64,000 nt of DNA from an uncultured Acidobacteriota bacterium. GTDB taxonomy: Bacteria; Acidobacteriota; Vicinamibacteria; Vicinamibacterales; JAKQTR01. A program made the translations under genes and the position numbers. Below, one piece after another: positions 29,238 to 40,556 of this stretch (its first letter is position 1; each line of letters opens with the position of its first letter). The notes under the pieces are model-generated. The model was not told where the DNA came from. It was given only the letters and a program-made list of their open reading frames with translations, and did not search any database. The stretch covers positions 110,544 to 174,543 of the forward strand of contig CAWICP010000019.1 of the NCBI GenBank assembly GCA_963834645.1. Direction: 5' to 3'.

Positions 29238-30357
29238 TCAGTCCGTCAGGTCGGGCCCCGGCCTCGGTGTGAGCGCGGCGTCGAGATCCACGATGGCGAC
29301 GACGCCGAATCCGGGGCGGTTTCCGATGGCGAACCTCGCGTCACGGATGATGACTCTCCTGCCGCCGTTCGGGAGCGGCAGCACCTCGTAGCTCGGGAAG
29401 CGCAGCCACCGGCGCACCCCCTGGACAAACGGCGCCGCGAGCGCCGCGTCGACAGCGGGGTCGTGCGCGCCCCTGTCGAACGACGGTCGGCTCGATTCCT
29501 GCCGCGGGGCCGACCGTCCAGGTGACAGGCACGAACAGGTATCGGCCCTCGGTCACGACGATGACCGATCGGCGGAGCGGTTCGGCCGGCACGGGCATCG
29601 CGGCGACCTGCTCGGCGGCCCATCCGCGCTCCAGGGCCAGTTCGCGCACCTGCCGCTCGGCAATCCGCGATCCGGCGTACATCGTGGCGATGTAGAGGCC
29701 AGCGAGGGCGAGGGCGCCCATCGCGATGCCCGGCCGGCCCGGCTCGCTGACGCGGGCCCGGGCCAGCGCCCAGATCGCGAGCCCGGTCATCCAGACCGCG
29801 CGCGCCCACTCCGGCACGACCGGCGCCAGCAGCATCAGGGCCGTGGTCCCGACGCCGAGCGCCGCCGCCGTCACGCGCCCGCGGGTGTGCGTCGTCCACG
29901 CCAGCATGGCGGCGCCGCCGAGGATCAGCCAGAGCCAGGGGTCGACGATGAACAGGGTGTCGCCGTAGAACCAGCGTTCCGAGAACGGCATCAGGAGCCG
30001 GACGCCGTAGTTGTTCAGCCAGTCGAGAAACGGGTGGGAGAGCACGCCGAGGGCGGCCAGACCCAGCAGGGCGAGCGGCTTCGCCCGCAGCCGCTCCGGG
30101 TGCCGGCGGGCCATGACGCGATCGACGACGATCATCACCGCCGTCAGCGCGAACGGAAGCAGGGCGATGGCGAGGATGCCGTGCGTCCAGCCTCGGCGCA
30201 GCGCGAAGGCGACATCGGCGCTGTGGAGGTAGCACGCGCCATCCACGTCCGGGAGGTTCGCGGCGATGATCAGGGTCGACGAAGCGAGCGGGGTCAGGCG
30301 TTTGAGGCCGCTTTCGGCGAGGCACGCGCCTGCCAGCGTGTGCGCGAGTGGTTCCAT
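29238..30357 (-). pseudogene. YdjM-like membrane-bound metal-dependent hydrolase; one frame break (~29483)
   Basis: ATG 30357 opens MEPLAHTLAGACLAESGLKRLTPLASSTLIIAANLPDVDG...RRGWTHGILAIALLPF...GVLSHPFLDWLNNYGVRLLMPF (ORF 29341..30570). It continues as FDRGAHDPAVDAALAAPFVQGVRRWLRFPSYEVL...FGVVAIVDLD, stop TGA 29238. Confidence 0.7.
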
Positions 30358-30415
30358 GCGTCGGAAGCCCATGATAGCATCCCGGGGATTGTCGCCGTTG
30401 TGGAGGGAGCTTCGC

Positions 30416-31700
30416 ATGTTGATGAGACTGGCGCTCGGCGTATCGGTGGCGGTGCTGGGTCTGGCCGCCGTGGCGGTCGCGCAGCAGGGTTCGCCCGCGA
30501 AAGATCCGGTGCGCGTGAAGTCGGACGCGATCCACGCGAAGGTCCTGACCCTCGACACGCACGTCGACATCCGGGGCGGCGGCGATTACGGCGTGCTGAC
30601 GCCGGGGCAGAAGTGCGACCTCGTGAAGATGCAGCAGGGCGGGGTGAAGGGCGTGTTTCTGGCCGCCTACGTCGGGCAGCGCCCGGCCTTCGACGCGGCG
30701 GCCTACAAGGCCGCCTACGATGCCGCCAGCAGGCAGTTCGACTTCCTGGACACGCTGACCGGGAAGGCGCGGCCGGAGATGTGCGCGTTCGCCGCGTCGC
30801 CGTCCGAGGTCGAGCGCGTGGCGAAGACGGGGAAGCGCGTGATCATGACCGGCCTCGAGAACGGCTACCCCGTGGGTGAGGACCTCGCCAACGTCAAGGC
30901 GTTCTATGATCGCGGCGCCCGTTACATCACGTTGACCCACAGCGGGCACAACCAGATCGGCGACTCGTCGAGCGACCGCAACCCGCCCCGCAACAACGGC
31001 CTGTCGCCCTTCGGGAAGCAGGTCGTCGCCGAGATGAACCGTCTCGGCATGATGGTGGACGTGTCCCACTCGGCGGCGACGACGTTCTGGGACGCCATCA
31101 AGCTGTCGAAAGCGCCCATCATCGCCTCGCACTCGGGCTGCAAGGCCGCTCCACGACGTCGACCGCAACCTCGACGACGAGCAGCTGAAGGCCCTGGCGA
31201 AGAACGGCGGCGTCGTCCAGATCGTGGCGCTGGCGTCGTACCTCAAGGCGGACTCGCCCGGGCGCGCGGAGGCCGTGCGCCAGCTGCGCGAAGAGCTCGG
31301 GATGCCTGCCGGCGGCCGGGGCCGGCAGGGCGGGCCGCCTTCGCAGCCGCTCACGCCGGAGCAGCAGGCCGACGCGCAGAAGCGCCGCGCGGCCTACATG
31401 GAGCGGATGCAGGCGATTGACGCGAAGTTCCCGTCAGCGTCGATCGCCGATTTCGTGAATCACATCGACCACGCCGTCAAGGTGGCGGGCATCGATCACG
31501 TCGGCATCGGCACGGACTTCGACGGCGGCGGCGGGTTCCCCGGTTTCAACGACCACTCGGAAGCGGCGAACGTGACGGAGGAACTGGTCCGGCGGGGCTA
31601 CTCCGAGCAGGACGTCGCGAAGATCTGGGGCGGCAACCTCATGCGAGTCTGGCGCGACGTGCAGAAGGTGGCCGAGCGGGAACAGACGGCCGCCCGGTAG
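30416..31700 (+). pseudogene. Membrane (renal-type) dipeptidase, peptidase family M19; one frame break (~31148)
   Basis: GGAGGG precedes ATG 30416, followed by a signal peptide. The first piece is LTLDTHVDI...GVKGVFLAAY...RYITLTHSGHNQIGDSS...GMMVDVSHSAATTFWDAIKLSKAPIIASHSGCKA. It continues as HDVDRNLDDEQLKALAKNGGVVQI...HVGIGTDFDGGGG...IWGGNLMRVW (ORF 31224..31700). Confidence 0.85.
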
Positions 31701-31730
31701 CGCGCCGCGCCGAGGCCCGGAGGGGCAGGA

Positions 31731-32736
31731 ATGGACCATCGACTGCTCGGGCGGACCGGGGTACGTGTTTCGCCGCTCTGTCTCGGCACGCTGAACTTCG
31801 GCGGCGGCACCGACGAACCCGACGCCGTCCGGATGGTGCACGCCGCGCTCGATGCGGGCATCAACGTCGTCGACACCGCCGACGTGTACCAGGCCGGCGA
31901 GTCGGAGCGCATCCTCGGCAAGGCGCTGGCCGGCCGCCGGGACAAGGTCGTGCTCGCCACCAAGGTTCATGGCCGGACCGGCCTCGGACCGAACGACCAG
32001 GGCAACTCCAGGCTCCACATCCTGCGCGCCTGCGAGGCGTCGCTCCGCCGCCTCGGCACCGACTACATCGACCTCTACCAGATCCACCGGCCCAGCCCCG
32101 GAGATTCCCGTCGACGAGACGCTCGGGGCGCTGACCGACCTCGTGCGCGCGGGCAAGGTCCGCTACATCGGCTGCTCGACGCACCCGGCCTGGATGGTGA
32201 TGGAGGCGCTGGCCGTCAGCGAGCGCCTGGGGCTGGCCCGCTACGTCAGCGAGCAGCCGCCCTACAACCTCCTCGATCGCCGGATCGAAAACGAGCTGGT
32301 GCCCCTCGCCCAGCGCTACGGGCTCGCCATCCTGCCGTGGGCGCCGCTCGCCCAGGGGGTGCTGGCCGGCCGGTACCCGGCGAAGGGCCCGCTGCCGCCC
32401 GACTCGCGCGCGATCCGGCAGCCCGGACAGGCGAACATCTACGCGGATCGCGTCACGCCCCGGGGCCTTGACGTGGGCCGGGCCTTCGCCGAGCTGGCCC
32501 GCTCCCACGGCCGGACGCCAGGTCAGCTGGCGCTGCTCTGGTGCAAGGACCAGCCTGGCGTCACCTCGCCGATTGTGGGCCCGAGGACGGAGGAACAGCT
32601 GGCCGAGCTCCTGCCGGTGCTCGACTGGTCCTTGTCGCCCGACGAGCGCTACGCCTGCGATGCGCTGGTGCCCCCGGGCGGCGTGGTGACCAACTTCCAC
32701 AACACCGCGCCCTGGATGAAGACGCCCGTCGCATGA
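31731..32736 (+). pseudogene. Aldo/keto reductase; one frame break (~32100)
   Basis: The first piece is [25 protein letters not shown]...[23 protein letters not shown]...[12 protein letters not shown]. It continues as [31 protein letters not shown]...[16 protein letters not shown]...[14 protein letters not shown] (ORF 31852..32736). Confidence 0.85.
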
Positions 32737-33281
32737 AACTGGCGTTCATCGGCACGCACGGCACCGGGAAGACCACGCTCTGCTACGACGTGACGGCCGG
32801 TCTCAAGCGCCAGGGCCTCAACGCGGACATGGTGAAGGAGGTCGCGCGGCTCTCGCCGCTGCCCATCAACCGCAAGACGTCGCTCGACGCGCAGACCTGG
32901 ATTCTCATGACGCAGGTCGCCGAGGAAATCCGGTCCGCCAGCGCCCACGACATCGTCGTCTGCGACCGGAGCGTCCTCGACAACTACGCCTACATGGTGC
33001 TGTCGTGCGGCCGGCAGAAGCCGATCGAACGATTCGTGGACCACTGGATGAAGTCGTACGACGTCCTGATCAAGGTGCCGATGATGGCCCCGGCCACCGA
33101 AGACGGCGTGCGCGACACCGACGAGTTCTTCGTGCGGTCGATCGATCAGCTCGTCGACACGCTCCTCGCCGAGAAGAAGATCGCCCACTGCCGGCTGGCC
33201 GCGGCCAGCCGCGACGGCTGGGTGGCGCAGGCGATGACGGCGGTGACCGGGCACCCGGCCATCGCCGGCCGGCTCATCTAA
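32733..33281 (+). CDS. P-loop NTPase of the AAA_28/NadR-kinase-like type
   Basis: ATG 32733 overlaps the AKR stop (ATGA). It opens [20 protein letters not shown] (Walker A). [13 protein letters not shown] is a Walker B-like block. The ORF is intact. Confidence 0.6.
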   Translation: MKLAFIGTHGTGKTTLCYDVTAGLKRQGLNADMVKEVARLSPLPINRKTSLDAQTWILMTQVAEEIRSASAHDIVVCDRSVLDNYAYMVLSCGRQKPIERFVDHWMKSYDVLIKVPMMAPATEDGVRDTDEFFVRSIDQLVDTLLAEKKIAHCRLAAASRDGWVAQAMTAVTGHPAIAGRLI

Positions 33282-33342
33282 GCCCGGCGGCGGCTGGGGC
33301 CGGGACGCCCGGGGACCCGGCGCTCAGCCCGGCCGCCTCGGC

Positions 33343-34728
33343 TTACCGGCGACTGGTGGGACGCTGGGGCTGTTCCGCCACGGCGGGCCCGCCTCGCGGT
33401 CCCGGGGCCGCCGGCGCGTGGCGGTCGAGAATGCTCCTGAACCGCTCCGCCTTGCGCTGCTGGCCGGCCGGACGCTGGGACGGGCCTCCGCGGCCCGCGG
33501 GCTGGCCCGGCTGGCCGCCCGGGTGGTCGCGGCGCGGCCGCCGGGCCGCGCGGGCGGCCGCCAGGCGCTCCCGCACCGGAATCTCGAGGCGCTCGTCGGT
33601 CCTCTTCGCGTAGTCGAACTCCGGCAGCGTCACCCGCGGAAGGGCCTTGCCGATGGCGCGCTCGATCGCGCGCAGGTCCTGCTCCTCGTCCGGCGACACG
33701 AGCGTGAAGGCGTCGCCGGTCATCTCCGCCCGGGCCGTCCGTCCGACGCGATGGATGTAGGCATCGGGTTCCTGCGGCACGTCGAAGTTGATGACGTGCC
33801 CGAGCTCCTCGACGTCGATGCCGCGCGCGACGATGTCGGTGGCGACGAGGATCCGCGACTTGCCCGCCTTGAATCCCTGGAGCGCCGCCGTCCGCTGGCT
33901 CTGGCTGCGATTGCCGTGGATCTTCGCGGTCGAGATGCCCTGGCGTTCGAGGTAGTCCGCGAGCCGGTTGGCGCGGTGCTTCGTCCGCGTGAAGACGATG
34001 GCGTCGGCGACGATGTCGCGCTTCACCAGCTCGGCGAGCAGCGCCGACTTGAGTTCGCGGCCGACGGGGTAGACCGCCTGCGTGATCCCGATGGCGGGCG
34101 CGGACTTCCGCTCCAGGTTGATGGTGACCGGGTCGCGGAGCATCTCGCGCGCCAGCGTCGCGATCTCCTTCGGCATGGTCGCGCTGAAGAACAGCGTCTG
34201 GCGCTTCACGGGGAGCTGCCGGAGCACGCGGCGGATGTCCGGCAGGAAACCCATGTCGAGCATCCGGTCGGCCTCGTCGAGCACGAGGACTTCGAGGCCG
34301 GTGAAGCGCGCGTAGGGAAAGCGCAGGTGATCGAGCAGCCGGCCCGGCGTGGCGACAATGACGTCGACGCGGCTGCGGAAGGCGTGCTCCTGCGGCCCCA
34401 TGCCCACGCCGCCGTACACCGCGGCGCCGGTGACCGGCGTGTGCACGGCGAGTTCCTCGAGGTGCGCCACGATCTGGGCGGCCAGCTCGCGCGTCGGCGT
34501 CAGGATCAGCGCGCGCGTCGTGCCGCGCGGCTTGGCCATCACCCGGTGGAGGATGGGCAGCAGGAACGCGGCGGTCTTGCCGCTGCCCGTCATGGCGCAG
34601 GCCAGGAGGTCCTTGCCGGCGGCGGCCGGCGGGATCGCCTGCTCCTGAATCGGCGTCGGGCGCTGGAAGCCCAGTTCCTTGACGCCGCGAAGGAGGTCGG
34701 CATGGAGCGGGAATTTCGAAAAGGGCAT
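33343..34728 (-). CDS. DEAD-box ATP-dependent RNA helicase (RhlE-like) with Arg/Gly/Pro-rich tail
   Basis: This is an intact 461-aa ORF. It has the Q motif GFQRPTPIQ, AMTGSGKTAAF, PTRELA, DEAD (VLDEADRM), SAT and HRVGRTARA. Confidence 0.92.
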   Translation of the reverse strand: MPFSKFPLHADLLRGVKELGFQRPTPIQEQAIPPAAAGKDLLACAMTGSGKTAAFLLPILHRVMAKPRGTTRALILTPTRELAAQIVAHLEELAVHTPVTGAAVYGGVGMGPQEHAFRSRVDVIVATPGRLLDHLRFPYARFTGLEVLVLDEADRMLDMGFLPDIRRVLRQLPVKRQTLFFSATMPKEIATLAREMLRDPVTINLERKSAPAIGITQAVYPVGRELKSALLAELVKRDIVADAIVFTRTKHRANRLADYLERQGISTAKIHGNRSQSQRTAALQGFKAGKSRILVATDIVARGIDVEELGHVINFDVPQEPDAYIHRVGRTARAEMTGDAFTLVSPDEEQDLRAIERAIGKALPRVTLPEFDYAKRTDERLEIPVRERLAAARAARRPRRDHPGGQPGQPAGRGGPSQRPAGQQRKAERFRSILDRHAPAAPGPRGGPAVAEQPQRPTSRR

Positions 34729-34830
34729 GGTGACAGCATACCCGCTTGCGGCCCGGCCGCCTGTGCTATTCTGGGCCGCCCTCGCCCCCGAGACGGCAAT
34801 TTTTCACCTTCCCATCACGGAGTTGTGGAC

Positions 34831-36381
34831 ATGAGACATCGACACTTCGTCTGTCTCGGCCTGCTCCTGCTGGCACTCGCCGGGCTCGCGCCGGCCGGTG
34901 CGCAGGAGGTCAGCCTCACGGGCCAGGTCATCGAGCGGACGCTGCCGAACGGCCTCAAGGTGCTGATGGTCAAACGCCCCGAGGCGCCGCTGATCCGGTG
35001 CATCCTCGCCTACCGCGTCGGCGCGGTGAACGAGCCCCAGGGCATCACCGGCATCTCGCACTTCCACGAGCACATGATGTTCAAGGGCACGTATGCCATG
35101 GGCATCAAGCCGGGGACGCTCCAGAAGGACCTCGAGTACGACCGGCAGATCGACGCGCTCGCGGCGCAGATCGCGGCCGAAGACGCCAAGATCAAGGGCC
35201 GCGACGAGGCGAAGGTCGTCGAGTGGAAGCGGCAGATGAGCGATCTGCTCAACAAGCAGAAGGCCGAGACCATCGTCAGCGAGGAGATCTGGAGCGCGTA
35301 CCAGGAGGCGGGCGGCACCGGGCTGAACGCCTCCACCGGCTCGGAGATGACCCAGTACTACGTGACGCTGCCGAAGAACAAGATCGAGCTGTATCTCGCC
35401 CTCGAAGCGGATCGCATGGCGAACCCGGTGTTCCGCGAGTTCTACTCCGAGCGCGACGTCATCACCGAGGAGCGCCGGATGAGCGAGAACAGCCCGGGCT
35501 TCTTCTTCCAGGAGCAGCTGAACGCGACGTTCTACGCGGCGAGCCCGTACGCCAACCCGGTGGTCGGCTGGATGTCGGACATCAGCCGCGTCACGAAGCA
35601 GGAGATGATCGACTACCGCGAGAAGTACTACCGGCCCGACAACGCGACGCTCGTGCTGGCCGGCGACATCGACGAGAAGGTGCTGATGCCGCTGGTCACG
35701 AAGTACTTCGGGGCGATCAAGTCCCGCGGGCCGTCTCCGCGGGTCCGCACGGAGGAACCGTACTCGGAGTACTACAGGAAGACCAACGGCCCGAGCTTCA
35801 AGACGCCGTACATCGAGAAGCGGGTGATCGGCCGGGCGGCGACCGCGCCCGCCGTGACGATCATGTTCCACACGCCGCCGGTGTGGCACGACGACTCGGC
35901 GGCGCTCTACATGCTCGGCCGCGTGATGAGCGCGCGGACCGGCAAGATGTACCTGGACCTGGTGAACAGCAAGGTGCCGCACGCCACCTCGGTGAACGCG
36001 ATGGCCCAGGCCCAGATGTACGAAGGCGCGTTCCGCGTGTCGGCGACGGCCCGCGAGACGCCCGCCGAGTCGACCGTCGTGCCGCTCGAGACCCTCGAGC
36101 AGGAGCTCTGGATGTACATCGACGACGCGAAGGCGGCGCCCGCCGACCCGCAGGTGCTGCAGCGCATCAAGAACTCCGTCGAGGCCGCCTATCTCCAGAG
36201 CCTGGCGGGCACCGGCATCGCCGGCACGCTGGCCCGCATGGAGGTCGCCTACCGGTGGCAGCACATCGAGGACGAGTACAAGGCGCGGATGGCCGTCACG
36301 CCCGCCGACATGATGCGCGTGGCGAAGCAGTACCTGAACCGTGACAACAGCGTCACGGGCGTGATGCACCGCGAGCGATAG
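34831..36381 (+). CDS. M16-family zinc peptidase (active subunit, HxxEH)
   Basis: ATG 34831 is followed by a signal peptide (VCLGLLLLALAGLAPAGAQE) and the inverted zinc motif GISHFHEHMMFKG. ITEERRMSENSP is downstream. The ORF is intact (~516 aa, inside listed ORF 33418..36381). Confidence 0.88.
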   Translation: MRHRHFVCLGLLLLALAGLAPAGAQEVSLTGQVIERTLPNGLKVLMVKRPEAPLIRCILAYRVGAVNEPQGITGISHFHEHMMFKGTYAMGIKPGTLQKDLEYDRQIDALAAQIAAEDAKIKGRDEAKVVEWKRQMSDLLNKQKAETIVSEEIWSAYQEAGGTGLNASTGSEMTQYYVTLPKNKIELYLALEADRMANPVFREFYSERDVITEERRMSENSPGFFFQEQLNATFYAASPYANPVVGWMSDISRVTKQEMIDYREKYYRPDNATLVLAGDIDEKVLMPLVTKYFGAIKSRGPSPRVRTEEPYSEYYRKTNGPSFKTPYIEKRVIGRAATAPAVTIMFHTPPVWHDDSAALYMLGRVMSARTGKMYLDLVNSKVPHATSVNAMAQAQMYEGAFRVSATARETPAESTVVPLETLEQELWMYIDDAKAAPADPQVLQRIKNSVEAAYLQSLAGTGIAGTLARMEVAYRWQHIEDEYKARMAVTPADMMRVAKQYLNRDNSVTGVMHRER

Positions 36382-36404
36382 GACCCCGCACCGAGGAAAG
36401 GACC

Positions 36405-38047
36405 ATGACCATGCTGAAACGACTTTCGGCGATCATGCTGGTCGGCGCGCTGGGGTGCCTCGTCGCCTCCCACACGCTGCTGGCACAGACCGGTTCGACC
36501 CGGCCTGCTTCTCAGGCGGGAGCGGCGGCCAAGGGGCCGCGCCCCGATCAGTTCAAGTTCCCGCCGCTCGACTTCACGCCTCCGAAGGCGGCGGAGTTCC
36601 GCACCGTGCTCTCCAACGGCCTCGTCGTCTACATCGCCGAGGACCACGAAATCCCGTGGTTCGAGGCCACGCTGCTCTCGCCGGTGATCTCGGCCGGCGG
36701 CGGGGGCGGGATGGGCCGGGGCCGCGGTGCCGAGGCGATCGCATCGCCGCAGGCCGGCGGCGGCGCGGGCGGCGCGGGCCGCGCCTTCCTCGAGCCCCTC
36801 GACAAGCTGGGCGTCGAGGGCCTCACGGGATCGATCGCCCGCAGCGGCGGGACGACGACCATGACCGGCGACGAGATCAACGAGCGGATGGACTTCCTGG
36901 CCGGCAGCGTGAGCGCCACGGCGCTCTCCCTGCACGTCCGCCACGTCGACGAGGGCCTGAAGATCTGGCTCGACCTGCTGACCAACCCGGCGTTCCCCGA
37001 GGACCGCCTGCAGCGCGAGAAGCAGGGGATGCTGCCCGGGATCCGCAACCGGAACCGGAACATCAGCACGGTGGCCAGCCGGACGTTCCAGCGGCTCGTC
37101 TACGGCGACGCGTCGCCGATCGTCGCGCAGCCGACTGAAGCGACCATCAACGGCATTGACCCGGGCCGACCTGGTGGCCTGGCACAAGAAGTACTGGGGC
37201 GCGAACAACGCCATCCTCGTCGTCACCGGCGACTTCAAGAAGGCCGAGATGCTCCAGAAGCTGGAGGCCACCTTCGGCAAGTGGCGGAACGCCGACAAGG
37301 CGGCGCCGGCGTGGCCGAAGCGCGGAGCAGACGACGAAGCCCGGCGTCTACATGGTGCAGCCGCAGGGGGCCACGCCGAACCAGGGCATCATCCAGATCG
37401 GCCACATCGGGCTGACCCGCGACGATCCCGACTATCCGGCCGTCGACCTGATGAACTACACGCTGGGCGGCGGGTCGTTCTCGTCGCGCATCACCAAGAT
37501 CGTGCGGACCGACAACGGCCTGGCCTATACGGCGAACTCGTCGGTCCCGTCGGAGATCCACTATCCCGGGACGATTCAGGCCTTCTGCCAGACCAAGAAC
37601 GAGACCGTCGTGTTCGCGGCCCAGTTGATGCTCAACGAGATCGAGCGGATGCGGGCGGGCGAGATCAGCGAAGCGGACCTGAAGTTCGCGAAAGCCGCGA
37701 GGCTCAGCGCGTTCCCGGCGATGTTCTCGAACGTCGCCGGCAACCTCCGCAACTTCGCGTCGCTCGAACTCGAGGGGCGGCCCCGCGACTTCTACGAAAC
37801 CTACGAGGCCCGCTACGGACAGGTGACGCTGGCGGACGTCAAGCGCGTGGCGCAGAAGTACCTGCGCCCGGACAAGCTGATCATCATGGTGGCCGGCAAC
37901 ATCGAGGAGTGCAAGGCCGGGGCGGGCAAGCTGCTGCCGAACCAGGCGACCATCGACGCGATGGCGGCCAAGTTCGGCGGGCGGACCATCGACGGCCTGG
38001 CCAAGAAGTACGGCGACGGCACGGTGCACATCGTCACGCTGAAGTAG
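36405..38047 (+). pseudogene. M16-family peptidase-like protein lacking HxxEH (non-catalytic partner); two frame breaks (~37157, ~37322)
   Basis: The N-terminal piece is MTMLKRLSAIMLVGALGCLVAS...TVLSNGLVVYIAEDHEIPW...GVEGLTGSIARSGGTTTMTGDEINERMDFLAG. It continues as TRADLVAWHKKYWGANNAILVVTGDF. The last piece is KPGVYMVQPQGATPNQGIIQIGH...MNYTLGGGSFSSRITKIVRTDNGLAYTANS (ORF 37352..38047). A Gly-rich insert reads SAGGGGGMGRGRGAEAIASPQAGGGAGGAG. Confidence 0.8.
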
Positions 38048-38058
38048 CCGAACGAAGA

Positions 38059-38088
38059 GGGCGGCCGGTCCGCGTGGACCGGCCGCCC
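38059..38088. terminator. Perfect 13-bp GC hairpin between convergent genes
   Basis: The arms are gggcggccggtcc (38059-38071) and ggaccggccgccc (38076-38088), with loop gcgt. The hairpin sits 12 nt after the M16 partner stop and 22 nt before the symporter stop. There is no U-tract. Confidence 0.55.
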
Positions 38089-38109
38089 TGGGTCACTCTC
38101 CAGCCGCCG

Positions 38110-39947
38110 TCAGGCGCTGGCGTCCGCGTCCGCTTCGGCCTTGCTTCCCGACCAGAGCCGCTGCACCACGTAGATCAACGCCGACCCGCTGACGACGAAT
38201 GTCGCGAGCAGGAACGTGGCGGTGGACGTCCGGCCGTAGAGGAAATTCCCGACGGTGAAGAGGGCCGACCAGATCATGGTGCAGCCGGCCACCCAGCCGA
38301 GCAGCGCCAGCGGGATGTTGTCGCCTGCGGCGCGAGGGCCGCCCCAGCCGTCGACGAGGCCGGCGTCTTCTGGACCTTCTTCCATCCAGGCCCGAACGGG
38401 CGGACCTTCGTGTAGAAATCGATCAGGACCTGGCGGTCGGTCGTCGGGCCCACGAACGCGGTGGTGACCCAGCACACCGTCGTGAACGCGATGGTCATCA
38501 GCAGGGCGACGTGGGTGCTGAAGTGGATCCCGTTCTTCGCGAGGATGAGCAAGACCAGGGAAATCGCGAACGAGCTGACCATCGCGGCGACTTCGCACCA
38601 GGCGTTGACGCGCCACCAGAACCACCGAACCAGGTAGAGCAGCCCCGTGCCCGCGCCAATCTGCAGGATGACGTCGAAGGCGTCCTTCGCCGAGTCGAGG
38701 ACGAACACGAGCGCCGAGGACAGGACGAACAGGAGGACCGTGGCGAGGCGGCCGACCATCACGTAGTGCTTCTCGCTGGCGTCCTTCTTCATGAACTGCC
38801 GGTAGAAGTCGTGGACCAGGTAGGACGCGCCCCAGTTCAGGTGCGTGAGAATGGTCGACGAGTTCGCGGCGATCAGCCCGCCCACCATGAGGCCGATGAA
38901 CCCCACCGGCATGAACTTCAGCATGGCCGGGAACGCGATGTCGTGGCCGATGAGGGTCGGGTCGAGGTTCGGGAACGCGGCCTGGATGTCGGAGAGGTTC
39001 GGGTAGACGATGATCGAGGCCAGCGCGGTGATGATCCACGGCCAGGGCCGCAGCACGTAGTGCGCCACGTTGAAGAACAGGACGGCCCCCAGCGCGTCCC
39101 GCTCCGACTTCGACGCGAGCATCCGCTGGGCGATGTAGCTGCCGCCGCCAGGCTCGGCCCCGGGGTACCAGACCGCCCACCACTGCACCGCGATGGGCAT
39201 GACGAACACCGCCACCGCGATGTCCCAGTTGTTGGTGAAGTCGGGCAGGATGTTCAGGTAGTTGATCCCGTTCGGGCCCGGCGTCGCCGACAGCTTGGTG
39301 ACCAGCCCGCTCAGGCCGCCCACCTGGGGCAGCGTCACCGCGAAGTACGCGGCGGCGATCACCGCCGTCATCTTGATGAAGAACTGGATCATGTCGATGA
39401 CGAGGACGCCCCACAAACCCGAATGGGTGGCGAACACGACGTTCAGCGCACCCACGAACGCCAGCGTCTGCCACCGCTCGAACCCGAACAGCACGCCGGC
39501 GATCTTGCACGCGGCCAGGTTGACCGTGGCCATGATCATGCAGTTGAAGAGCAGGCCCAGGTACACCGCCCGGAAGCCGCGGACCACGCCGGCGGCCTTG
39601 CCGGAGTAACGAATCTCGTAGAACTCGAGATCCGTCATCACTCCCGACCGGCGCCACAAGCGCGCATAGAAGAAGACCGTCGAGACGCCGGTCAGGACGA
39701 ACGCCCACCACACCCAGTTGCCGGCCACGCCGTTGCGCCGGACGATGTCGGTGACAAGATTGGGCGTGTCGCTGCTGAACGTGGTCGCGACCATGGACAG
39801 ACCGGCCAGCCACCACGGAACGGCCCGGCCGGAGACGAAGAACTCCGACGTGCTCTGGCCGGCCCGCTTGCCGAAAAACAGCGCCGGCACGAAGCAGATA
39901 AGCAGGGATACCGCAACGATAACCCAGTCAATGAGTTGGAGTTGCAT
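38110..39947 (-). pseudogene. Sodium:solute symporter family (SSF) transporter; one frame break (~38370)
   Basis: ATG 39947 opens MQLQLIDWVIVAVSLLICFVPALFFGKRAGQSTSEFFVSGRAVPWWLAGLSMVATTFSSDTP... (ORF 38274..39947, many TM helices). The C-terminus continues in the frame of ORF 38110..39816 as EDAGLVDGWGG...LALLGWVAGCTMIWSALFTVGNFLYG...SKAEADADASA. Confidence 0.85.
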
Positions 39948-40115
39948 GTGTGTCAGTCTCCGTGCGGATGACGCCCGTCAGGATGCCGCCAACGCCGCAC
40001 ACGATAACACAGACTCCGGCGAATTCGGACGACCCGATCTGTCACGCGCCCGGGGGAGACTGACGTAGACTGTTGGCACGGCCGGCGCGGCCGGATCCGA
40101 CGCCTCGGAGGCTGC

Positions 40116-40556
40116 ATGTCGCGTATCGACGTTCTCCGTCCCTTCATCGAGAAGAACCTGGCGGCGATGCTCGAGGTCGAGCGGGTGACGCCGGACGGCG
40201 ACGGCGAATACACGTTTCCGCACGGCAGCGCCGAGGTCACGGTGCGCCTGCTCGACGCGCCCCTGCCGCTGCTGCAGTTCTCGGCGGTGCTCGTGACGGG
40301 CATCAGGAAGAAGGCCCGGGTGCTCGAGGCGCTCAACGACCTGAACGCGGCGGAGCTGGGGATGCGGATCTTCCGCTTCGAGAACCTCGTGATTGCGGCC
40401 TGGGAAGTGCCCGCCGACACGCTCGATGCCCGCCAGTTCACCGACGCGTGCCATCGCTTCGGCGAGGCCGCCGATCGGCTCGACACGATGCTGGCCCGCA
40501 AGCTGGGCGGCAAGACCGCCCGCGCCGACGCGGATGACGAGGCGGTGGATGCGTAG
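40116..40556 (+). CDS. YbjN-like (type III secretion chaperone-like fold) small cytoplasmic protein
   Basis: This is an intact 146-aa ORF. It reads FIEKNLAAMLEVERVTPDGDGEYTFPHGSAEVTVRLLDAPLPLLQFSAVLV...NDLNAAELGMRIFRFENLVIAAWEVPADTLD, the pattern I associate with YbjN-family proteins. This is a moderate-confidence family call. Confidence 0.55.
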   Translation: MSRIDVLRPFIEKNLAAMLEVERVTPDGDGEYTFPHGSAEVTVRLLDAPLPLLQFSAVLVTGIRKKARVLEALNDLNAAELGMRIFRFENLVIAAWEVPADTLDARQFTDACHRFGEAADRLDTMLARKLGGKTARADADDEAVDA

